Assembly (NCBI GenBank): GCA_904063045.1
Contig: CAJFCJ010000020.1
Location: 1,294,916-1,358,915, forward strand
Length of the DNA: 64,000 bases
DNA from: Dimorphilus gyrociliatus
Taxonomy: Eukaryota > Animalia > Annelida
Direction: 5' to 3'
The translations under genes were made by a program, and so were the position numbers. Under the pieces are notes generated by a model. That model was not told where the DNA came from and searched no databases. It saw nothing but the letters and a program-made list of their open reading frames with translations. Numbering within the stretch: the stretch's first letter is position 1; each line of letters begins with the position of its first letter. Of this stretch, positions 1 to 12,000 are shown piece by piece.

Positions 1-1086
1 CTTGCTTTAGTGAATTAATTTTACTAATTTTCCGCTTGAATGAAGGATATAAAAAAGACAGTAAATGACGCTGTTTTTTTCATTCTACGTGCACTTTGAT
101 GTAGAGATGTTTGTTGTATGACTGTGAGTGACAGTGAGATGATGAGAGTGATAGAGAGTGAGAGAGAGATATGCTAAAATTATTTTTCTGCCTTAATATC
201 AATATTTGTTGAAACAACACGCTCGATTTTATTAATAAACAAAAGAAAGGACTATTATATTCATATTCATTAACACTTTGGTTTTTATTTAGACTTCAAT
301 ATATGGGAATGGTTTTTAAGCATATTCAATAGAGTTTGCAATATAACTTATTAGTAATAGGATAGTCTCTTTTAAATAAAAGAAAACTGCATTTTAGTAC
401 TAGTTTTATTTGACTCTTTGGTCTTTTAGGTTCTAAGGGAACTGATCAGAATATTTTCCTCATCAAAATAAAATAGAAAGAAGTTTACCTAGTCTATTAA
501 TAACTCCATTGGCAATGGGCCAAATGATGTATTACTTTTATAAGACTTTTAATAAAGCAAGTCAAATCAGATTCGTCTTGTTGAAGAAGCAGAAATAAAT
601 TATTTAATTAATATTATTGAACAAAAGAAGAAGAAACTCAAGCAGCAAATAGAGAGTTATTTTGGAAAAAGTCACGAAATGCTTGCTTTATGACATTATT
701 AATTAAGGTAAGACAGGAAGTGTACATGTTCCTTGTGGGGAAGCGAAATTTCAAACAAAAGGCTTTTTCTTAACAGCACGATATTTTTGGTAATGAAAGG
801 CAAAGTGTAGATGCCATTATTACTATTACAACCATTACGCCTACTACCGTCTAACGACTTTTCTTATAATAAAGTCTCTAGTCTAAACTAGTGTCATCTA
901 TAGTCAGCCACATGAGATTTTCTTTTTCTTTGCCAGAAGAGTTTCTTTACAATTTTTATTGTTACCAGTTTTTTGATCAATATAATAGGCCTATATTAGG
1001 AAGTTTTTAATACCGATTAGGCTTTAATCATATAGTATAAATATATTCAATTGAATAGGAATATTTACAAAATTGCACATTTGAAT

Positions 1087-2556
1087 ATGCTTTACCATCA
1101 AATTTTCTTCCTTGTTTCAACTTTCGTTTATGGAATAGAAAGTAAAGTAGAACTGTTTAACAAAACTGGTGTTAGATTTCCTGGTAGAGTGTTTGGAAGA
1201 TGCGAAAAGACTAGAAATGATCAAAATATATCCGTTACCTATAACAACTGTCATCATCCAGATTGCTCTTGTCCCTCCACTTCTATACCTTATTTTTTGT
1301 TAAAAGAACAGACGCCACAATTTGTCATAATAATTCTAGAAGGACCGATTACCACTAAAGTTTCCTGTGACATTAATAGAATATTGGGACATAAAAGGAG
1401 AAACCCTAACGGGTGTCCTGTTGCTATTACTCTTGTACCTCATCACATTGGAACTGACTATTGTGTTTTAAGGAAGCTTACTAATCGTGGATACGATGTT
1501 CTGCTTCACCCGGAAACTAGAGAATCAGAAATAGCAGACGAAGAAGAAACCGATGTAGCCAAGTATTGGAAAGCTGCAGATTTCGATAAGTGGAGAATAA
1601 AACTTCAAGATGAGAAGGAACGACTGGAGAAATTAGCTCAAATCAAAATAAAAGGTAATTTCAATATAGACTAGGATTCATTCTATTAGTGTAGCTGTGT
1701 TATTTCGTCAATAGGTTATCGAATGTCTAGAGTAGTCACAGCGACAGAAGCTCAAATGAGAGCAGCTAAAGAAGTAGGATTTGAGTTTGATTCGACTAAT
1801 CGAGAAATTCAAATAGATAGACAACCACTGGGATCATACGTGTCAAAAGGGGATAAAGATAAAATACCCTTTTTCTATTGGCCTTACACCCTAGATAATC
1901 AAGATGCTTTACCATGTAAATATAATGAAGATAATGTTAAATTTTGTCCAAAGACAGCAAATTTTAAAGGGATGTGGGAATTGCCTAAATATATCTTGGG
2001 AAAAGTAATTCATAACGATTCGGTTGGTTTCAATCTTATGTACGGTTGCGAACAATTTGACTCGCCTTACCTCTGCACACCAAATGGTGACGCTGAATCG
2101 GCTTTCGATATCCTGATGACTAATTTAGAACAAAGATATCTTACTAATAGAGCACCGCTAATTATCAATATGAAGGCATCTACTCTATCAGATCACGTAG
2201 TAATAGCAGACGCCCTAGAAGCTTTCATTAGCAAAGCACAAGAAATATACAAAGACGACGTGTGGTTTGCAACAGCATCAAACTTAGTCCAGTGGTTAAA
2301 AGCTGGAAGAGGAATACAAGTTGACGAACTAATAAATTATTCAAAATTCTCTTGCAATTATTATAAAGAATTTCCTTGTGAACCTCAAGGTCACGAATGT
2401 CCTTACAAACCAAATTCACAATGTCCCGAAGTCAAAGAAGATGAGAAAGCGAAGGAAGTAAAATTAGTATCTGAACTTAGCGGTTTATTCGGCGATGGAA
2501 AAATTTTAGTAATAGTTCAAACTGTATTTTTATTGATTTTATTTGTATTTCTCTAA
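1087..2556 (+). CDS. Chitin deacetylase-like (CE4/NodB fold) protein, probably catalytically inactive, with signal peptide and C-terminal hydrophobic (GPI-like or TM) tail; 2 exons (1087-1654, 1715-2556)
   Basis: A GT-AG intron at 1655-1714 (60 nt) joins the two ORFs in frame (IKG|YRMSR). Motifs CHHPDCSCP, PQFV, NPNGCP, WPYTLD, GMWELP and NRAPL match the arthropod/lophotrochozoan CDA family. ATG at 1087 begins MLYHQIFFLVSTFVYG (signal-like); the ORF-track start at 1051 is a TTG. Confidence 0.85.
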
Positions 2557-3001
2557 TTAAAAGAAATTTTCCATTTGCTAATAAATAATATATTTAAAAA
2601 AAACTCAACATCAAGGAGATATATGATAAGTTTGATAAAATTAACAAGAAAATACTATTAATCTATGATAAGAATATCATTAGATAGAACTGTTATATTA
2701 TTATTAATATATGTCAATTTAGCATACTTTTATACAGATTATAAGATATGTAGTCTTCATACTATACAAGTATAGTATCGAGTTGTATAAATTACAAGCT
2801 AAATTTATTGTAAAGCGTATAAATAGTTGTAAATATTAGTTTTGGAAAAGTGGTTATTACATTTGTAATATCACAGTAAACAGTAAAAGACTTTGATAAA
2901 AAAAACAGTTTAAAAAATATATCACATATATAAATTATTTGTAGAAAAAGTTTATACTTTTTAATTAGAAATTTTGAATAGAGTACAGTTAAAAATTTTA
3001 A

Positions 3002-6000
3002 TCAAGCGTCAAACTCTTCATTTTCAACAAGATTCAAATCTGAAGATACAGAACTTCTAACATTCTTTTCATAAACTCTCATATCTGAGGGTTCTGACAT
3101 TTTTTCGTAAATTCTATTTGAAAATTGTAAGCCATCATTATTTGCTGAAAATGGATCTGGTAATTCTGACATTCGAGTTGGTCTTGGAGTTTGTAATCTC
3201 TCTCTTCTTGTTTTATAACAAATGAAAAAGGCAATTAATATTAATATAACCAGTCCAACAGCACAAGAGACGCCGATAATTGTTGATTTGCTTATTGAAT
3301 TATCCTTTTGCTTATTCTGTTTAACCTGTGGGGATGCTGTTGATGCTAATTTTAGTGTTGAGCTTTTTGGCGCTGACGTAGATGAACTAATTGTTGATTT
3401 GGTCTTTGCTGTTATTGAGCTAGGCGTTACTTTGGTAATTCGTGATTTTGTAGATGTTATTTCTGTAGTTTGTGAGTTTGTTACTTCGGTAGATACTGAT
3501 CCTGTGGATGTTTCTTTGGTAGTTCGTGATCTTGTAGGTGTTACTTTGGTGGTCTCAATAGTATTCTGTTTTGTAATTATAGGGACTGAACAGGACACAC
3601 CTGCGCCAGGTTTAGTTAAACAAAAGTATGAATCAAAGAAGGAGTATTCACAGTCATCTATGGATGTTGCATTTTCAGGACAAGTAAATTTATTAAAAAA
3701 TTTTCTGAGGTCGTTTATTGGGTTGGTGACTTTTAAAACACGACCTTTTTCGTAGCCCAGATAATTGCAAATCACTCTGGCCTCATTTACACCAAAAGTA
3801 TCTGCACAAATCCAACCTCTCTCCGTAGAAGATTCAATCTCAATAGTTACTATTCCTTCATTGGTACTAGAAGAGAGCACAATGTTGCTTATTTCTAATT
3901 CTTTTTCGAAGCAGTGAACATATAATGGAATTCCATAGTATCCACAATGTGCTGAATTACAATTAAAAAGAGAAGAATCCGCTTCTGTGCATAAAAATGA
4001 AGGCCAATAACCGTTCATTGATCCAGTATGGAGACCTGAACCTTTTATTTTTAAACCGGATTTATAATTCTTCATCTTGCAAAATAGATTAGCAGCTATT
4101 GAATTGTCACTGAGGCTACATATGCTGTAACATTTTCCATCAACACAAATTTCTGCTCTGTTATTAGAGGTAATTTCTAATTTGAACGTGTTATAGCAGA
4201 GGACTCCAGCCGCAAAGTTAACATTATAAATATCGGCGAGTTTTCGCTCCCCAGCTCCCTCTTTTATATTTTTACAATCACGAAGTTTCTTCTCTTCTCC
4301 AGTGCATTTAATGTTGTGAAAGGCAATAGGAAGATCAGTCGAATGGCTAAGACGATAGTGATAACCCGATGAATAGCCCAATTCTCTGCAGCTAACCATC
4401 GCCTCTTTATTAGTAAAGCCTTTGTTGAATATCGCAGCTGGCGACATATTTCCTCGTTTCGTAGCAATGATAAAAGTATAGGGCATTGCCAAGTTATTTT
4501 GTTTAAGTTTCATCAACGACCAATTTGTTGCTTTAAATATATGATATAGGAAATGAAGTAGATGTTTAATATTTATTATTTAACACTTACTTAATGGTTT
4601 CGTCACCGTGTTTGAGCAGACAACGCTAGCGTAAGTTTTTGACTTACAACCCTTATATTTGAATTGAACACTACATTGATCATATGATGTTTCTTCACCA
4701 GTCTTGCATTTTACGTTTGCATAGTTGTAATCATGAAATCTGTATTCAAAAGTTTTAATATGCTTATTGAAAAATTAATAACTTGTTTACTTACTCTGTT
4801 AACTCTTTTTTGTTTTTCTTCATGTAAAGAGGTAGAAATGCCGAGCCATTTATTATAGTTGCGTAGTTAAAACCGTGAGTTTTGCATGCAACGAGAGCTT
4901 CCCTCTGTGAAAATGAATCACTGCATACAAGTTGCCATGATCCATCCTCTTTATTGAAAGCTTGAATAGCCCCTTCAAACGAAGTATAATCTCTCCCAAT
5001 AATAGCTAAAAATTGATAGAGTAGACTTAAGAAACTATTTTAACAAGATAATTTCAAATTCTTACGTGAATTGACGCATTTGATAAAGGCATCTTGCTTA
5101 TGAGTCATGCATGGAGCCGGTCTCTGGCTAGGTAAACTATTGGTTGAACTAGGATACGGTTTAGGAATAAAAAAATCAAAACCAGTATGGGGACATTCAC
5201 GAAGAGTCTTTTCCTGTCCTGAACACTTTAGGTTATGTACCCAAATAGGAATCTTGTCCAGTCCAGTATCTTTTTCATATTCTGTTGTATCTTTCAGGAT
5301 AAAACCTTCGCTAAAACCATTTTGCTTGCAAAGTATACTAGCAGAAACTTGATTAAATGCAATATTGCATAATGTCGCTCTTGTACCACCAACCTCAACC
5401 ATAACTCTACCTTCTGATGATGATCCATTTATGGAAAATTCTATAGTTTTCTCACTCGTATCATTGAAACATATAACAGCGGCATCATGTTGATCACTGC
5501 AGTTGTTTAATTCAAATCTATTTCCTCTTTCACAGTCAAGAAGGTTTTTCTCCGTTCCTTAAAAAAATTCTTATTTAATTCCTTTACGAAATATACTTAA
5601 ACTCTTTTAATACCTAGACACGAAACATTGCTCATTATATAAGGGTGTTCAATATCAGAGGGAAAATATTTTATATGGCGATAGGCTTTTCCATGAGTAA
5701 AGCCGACCGATCGACAAGCAACAACAGCATCCTCATCATCCCAACCGTTTCCGCATATTTTCCACTTGGTTTTTAAATAATCCACAAATACTCTTCCACT
5801 CTTATCCTTTTCAAGAACTATTTTCTTTTCTACAAAATTTGTTATATTTTAATATTAATTGATCAAGAAAATTGAAAAAGCTTTCAACATACGCGGATTG
5901 TCTAAATTTCGCTTATGAAAGCAAGCCGCTGATGCATAAGTATTAGTAATGCATTTTCTAGTAGAAATCAGGTCGGAAAATTTTTGTAACCTTGGATTAA

Positions 6001-9000
6001 AATCTAACTGATTTGAGAATACACTTGTTCGAGGAAAAATATTTCCATAGGCGGAACAACAGATGGCCAAACCGTAGTCAAAACCCAGCTTAATGCATGC
6101 TTCATTGGCTATTTCATCAGTAAAATTGTCAGAACATATCACCTGCCAAGTATTATTTGTATAAATTTGAAGAGGTCCTGATGTATTCTTTGATGTATAC
6201 TTGTAAAAGCGAACTAGAGCAATTGAAATACTTTAAGTAATCATATTAATCGTAAATTTATATTTAAAATTACCTGAATGAAAGCATTCAACTCCAGCAT
6301 CTTCTTCATGATTTCTACAAAATAGCCGTGTAGCTGGTTTCCAACCGGTTGTTGAACACCGAAGAAGTGAAGTTTCGTTGCCATTGCACCTGAAACCATT
6401 GGCATAGATAGGTCCAGAACCAGGGCCAAAGTGACTGTTATAGAGCGGACGCCCGTCTAATTTAAAAATCGAATATTACTATTCAAGTATATATTTTGGA
6501 GTAGATATTTACCAGCGTAACCCATCATACGACACATAACTTTAGCATCGTTAGCTCCCCAGAGATCATCGCACAATGTTCCCCAAACTCCATCTACAGC
6601 AACCTGGATTGTTCCACGAGAAGAATTTCCCTTTCCTATCCTGAAGTAAACACCGTGATTCCTGTAGCAGATTACACCTGCAGCATGCTTACTCTTGCAC
6701 GTCTTTATATTTCCCCATCCAATGTGTTTACAATCTCCAATTCTTTTTTCATTTCCGTTGCAATTAAATTTATTACTCCAATAAGGTCCATTAAATGGAG
6801 AATAAAACACATTACTTTCTTCATTATGTTGATAGGCCTGTCCACCGTTGAAACCTAAACTTCGGCAAACAACCTTAGCATCTTCATCAGTCCACCCATC
6901 GGCACATAAACGACCTTCAACACCTGCAATTTTCACCTTTACCTTTCCAGTACTTTGATCTTTAACACCATTTTCCAACCTAATTTCGTACTCTATATAA
7001 AGGAGAAACATGTAAAAATTTACTTCAAAAAATGCAACTCTCTCTAACCATTGGTTGGTAAAATTTTATTATGACTACATGCAACTGAAGCATATTCAAG
7101 GTCTTGGCAGCTTTGCAACTTGCAGCTGCTGAGTGAGGATTCATTGCCATACTTGCAAGAAATTTTCACCATTGAACCTGCACGTGTGTCAATTCCATAT
7201 GCATTACAGCAAAAGGATATTCCATACTGAAAACCCATCGTACGGCAGACGACAGAAGCCTCCTTATTAGTAAAACCTTTATTGCAAACTTTAAACCAAT
7301 TATCGTATGTATTTGAATCTTGATAAATTTTAACGAGACCATGAGCCACTTTATCAAAAGCTCTAGGCTTAGAATATTCGATTTTAGCCTTTCGATAGCA
7401 ATAAACACCTGCAGATGATCCATATTGTCTGCAGGTATCGGCAGTTGGATAAAACTCTCCGTTTGGACATTCAAAAATGTTCTTTTCATTTCCTTTACAG
7501 AATACTTGTGATACGAAGAATGGATTATTTCGACTACAGATGGAAAAAATCAAGATTATACAGTTTTAATAAGTTGTAGCTTGTACTCAAATACATACTC
7601 GTTTGTATCAGCTTTATGAACAGACCCATCACTGAAACCAAGAGATTGACAGAAGACTTTTGCAGATAAGTAATTCCAGGATGAACCACAAACACTTCCC
7701 CATATTCCATTATAATAAACTTGTACTCTACCATAAGAAGTGTCATCAAACTTTTTGAAGTCTTTGGAGATAATTCTATATTTTATAGCCGTTTCTTCAG
7801 TTGAGCAAATTACTCCAGCAGCGTTGTCATTTGATATACAACCTGTATGTTGTCCGAGCGGTGACAATTTACACTCAGATATATTATCTTCCTTTCCAGT
7901 ACAATTAATAGAAAATAGAAAAGGCGCTGATCCAAGTCTTGCCCCATGGTAACTGAACGGGAAGCCTGATACGAATGTACTCTTCTTACCAAATGATTTA
8001 CAAATAACACTGGCTGTTTCTACAGTCATGTTTTTTCCACATATATAACCTTTAATACCGTTCTTTTCAACTTCAATACTTCCAGAAATAATTTCTCGAC
8101 TTGGTCCACTCTCTGGTCCATTTAAGTGCAATTTCATTTCTATATGAAAAAAGACATTTATATTGATGTAATTATCGTAAAATTTAATAAATTACCTTTC
8201 GTAGTTTTTATATCGTTTGAACACAATAGGCTTACGAAATCAGAACACTGTCCATATTCAAGTTTACAGTCACTAAATTTTTTTGCATTGGAAACACAAT
8301 TAACTTTCTTAACCATGTTTGAATCTTTTGTAATTGCTTTGTTATTCATATTATGAATATTGCAACAAAACAATTGGCCACTTGAATAGCCGAATTCTTT
8401 ACATATTAAATCGACAGTCTTCTGATCAACAGCATTTTGGCAAACAGAAACCCACTGATTCTTCGGTCTTTGGTAAACTTGTAATTGACCATAATTTGGT
8501 ACACTCGAACGAGCATCGTATATTCTAACTAAATAGATAATAGAAGATTATCTTAATGATAGGTCACATATGCTAATATTAAAAGAAAGTAATTACCATC
8601 TTCATAGCATATAACTGTAACATCATTGTTGTGTTTTAGACAAGCTGAATAGGTAATATATGAAGGGTCATGGGGCCTGGGGGGCGACCAACCAGAACTA
8701 GAGCATTCCTGTTTTAAAAATAGAAAAATATGAGTGGTTACAACTTAAAGAAGCTATCATTTGCTGTTTAACCCACATATATATCTTTGACATTTTCTCG
8801 ACAATTCAATCCCATAGACCATATTGGTCCTGTACCTTTGGGGTATTCTGTCCTGCATAGGGTGAATAACTCACATAAAAAATTTTTATTGCTGTCCAAA
8901 TAATTAGCTACCTGTCACGCAAACCTCCTGTGAACTTTGGATTTATTGTTCTACAGATGGCGCTAGCCTCTAAATTGTCGAAGTAATTAAGATTGCAGAA

Positions 9001-12000
9001 TGTTCCAGTTTCACCGTTAATTGTAATATCTACCCTTCCTTTTCTATTCTTTTCGTCGCTAAGCTTAAACTTTATAGAATTTTTGTCAAGACAGAGAACT
9101 CCTGCTGGTCCAGAGTTGCACATTTCAGTGATATTACCATATCCTGAGTGTTGACAGTCATTTAATGAAGTTTCTGATCCCTTACATTTTAAGCTATCTA
9201 GCCAATAGATGGCTGTCCGACTTGACTGATAGTGTTTATATGCTATTCCTTGAGTATAAATAGGGTTTTTTTGTCTGCAAAACACTGTAGCATCTTCATC
9301 TGACCAACCATTAGCGCAGATAAATCCATCAATACCACTATAATTTATGATAGGTACTCCTGCATAATCTCTAACAGTTGACGAAATCTTTACAATAAAG
9401 AAATCGAGAGGTTCGCTTTTATAGCACATTGCAGACGCATATCCGATTTGTGCGTCGCATTGAAGCCCATATACCCAATCTGACTTTTTATATGTACACT
9501 CTTGTAACTTCTTTTCAGAGCCTTTGCATTCGTATTCAGAATGCATATACCGTATATACTCCTCATATCTCCCTTTTATTGAATAAGCCGCTCGTCCATT
9601 ATTATAACCCAATTGTCGGCATGCTACTTTCGCATCTCTATCATCCCATCCTTCGGCACATATAGAGTACCAATTGCTAACGGTACCACTTTGAACAGCT
9701 ATTTTCAATGCTCCGGCCACCATATTTACACTTTTTGACCCAATCAACTGTAAATTTCTAATGCATTTGAAAAGCGGAATATATACAAACTGACAAAAAG
9801 AAGTCTTTTTCCAGCCTCGATTAGCGCATTGAAGTATACTTTTTTCATCTCCATCACATTTAGTGACCTGCGTAAAAAAAGGCAAATTGTTTTTTTTGGG
9901 CCCATAAGCTATCAAACCCTTTTCATATCCTGCTTGCGAGCAAACAACTGAAGCTTCTTCATTTTTTAAATCCTGGCCACAAATTTGCCCTACTTGTCCG
10001 TCATAAGTAACTGTGAGATAACCGGAGGAACCTTCGGATAACTGAAAATTTACGTTTTTCATAAAACATAACACTCCAGCCTCCTTTCTATTAGCACTGT
10101 TACAGTCACTTAGTTGATCATTATTGAAAACACAATCTTGTAAATTTTTTTCAGAGCCTTTACACTTTATATTTGTAATCCAAAAAGGGATACGGCTTTG
10201 CGTATTGAAATTATATGCTTTACCATCGTTGAACCCCATTTGTCGACAAAAGATTCCTGCCTCTTTGTCTCCCCATTGTTTATAACAAACTTTCCCAATA
10301 ATACCATACTTTCTTATGCGCACATATCCTGTATAATTCATCTGTCTATCGCTTTTAACCATGTAAACTTCCACAGATTCATCAAATGATTTGTTAGCAC
10401 AAGCCACAGATGCAAAATTCCACTGTTGATCAGGACATTTTTCGCCATCTCTCTCGTGTGCACAATTTAATATACTCGATTCATTGCCCACACATCTAAC
10501 ATTTCTTATAGCATAACTTCTATATCCAGACTATAAAGGATAAAAAAGAATGTAAACTTTAGGTGCGTTTAAACATCAATAGATTGACGTAGGAAAATAC
10601 CTCGAAAAAGTTTGTTCTTAAGGATTTAGCATACTGATAGCCTAACTCTCGACAAACAACATTGGCTTCTAACTGGCCAAAATTCAATGCACAAACTAGC
10701 CCCCAACCGAACGCTGTATGAATTTGAACTTGACCACTAGTAGTTTTATTTACTAGATTTTCGTTTTCAGGAAACAAACGAACTGGAAGAATTTTGTATA
10801 AATATAGATATTATCGTTTTGTCTAGATATACGAAACTATTTTTGTAGCATTTGACGCCTGCGTCTGAACGGTGACTAAGACAACTTGGTTTGGTAGTGG
10901 CTCGGAATCCATAATTTGAACACTGAAAGATAGAAAGTTCATTTCCAGAACAATAAGCTCCAGAAAAATATATAAGGCCTATTCCCTGACCAAAGTGCGA
11001 TTGCCTAAAAAAGATTATACAATATACGTGGGCAATTCATTGAGTCTGAATCGTGACAACTTACATATAGGCTTTACCATCTGTGTATTTTTCATTTAAC
11101 GATCGACACAAGATTCGCGCGCTGATATCACTCCACAACTCATCACATATTGTGCCTGTTTGGTTCATAAAGGTTACGAGAATGGTACCCGAATCTTGGT
11201 TAGGACCACCAATTAGCTCTATCTCTGGTGGAGAATCGTTAAAACATAGAACCCCAGCATCTCTATGGCAACTTTTCCTAATTGGCAGTCGCCCACATTG
11301 GTCAATATTTGCTTCGGTTCCCTTGCAATTTACACCAGTCATAACGAAAGGCCCCCGACCTAGGGACAAGTATTGGTAGGCAATACCACTTTTAAAGTTC
11401 TAAGGGGAAAAGGATATTTTGTTGATATCGAGCATAAAATCGATATTGCAGGAAATATATGTTTGAAAAATTAATTTTCTCAATACCAACCAACATTCGA
11501 CAAGCCACTTTAGCGTTATTATCTGTCCATCCTACATTACAGACCCTACCGGACATTCCTTTCCCGATAGTTGCCCTTAGACGTCCAACATAATTGGCTG
11601 AATAATATCCGCCTTCAAGTGAAAGAGTTGTACCTATTTGATTATATTAAATTGTTTAGAGTTTCTGCCTGTACATGCTTTTATAAATAAATATAAAAAA
11701 AGAATTGAATTATTAATTGCCTTGTGATTCTCCATTATAGCAAACAACTGAAGCATAATTTTGAGAAATATCAGAGCAATATTGATTTCCAACTTGATAT
11801 TTGCAAGAGCCCAAATTAGTGCTATTATTTGTACATATGAAATTCGATGCGATAAGACCTCTATACGGTTGATAGCCCTCGACACTACAACATAGCGATT
11901 TTCCATTTTTAAAGCCGTATTGAGTACAAACAAGCTATGGATAGAAGATATAAAAAAGAAAAATCCATTATTTATATGAACAAGATTAAAGCAAAAAAGA

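Noticed and set aside
3222-3755. Plus-strand hydrophobic ORF (177 aa)
   Set aside because: Antisense shadow of the Ser/Thr-rich stalk of the SRCR receptor.
11409-11417. U12-type 5' splice motif ATATCCTTT on the minus strand
   Set aside because: It lies inside the 3' end of a normal GT-AG intron that already restores the frame, and I found no AC acceptor or U12 branch point.
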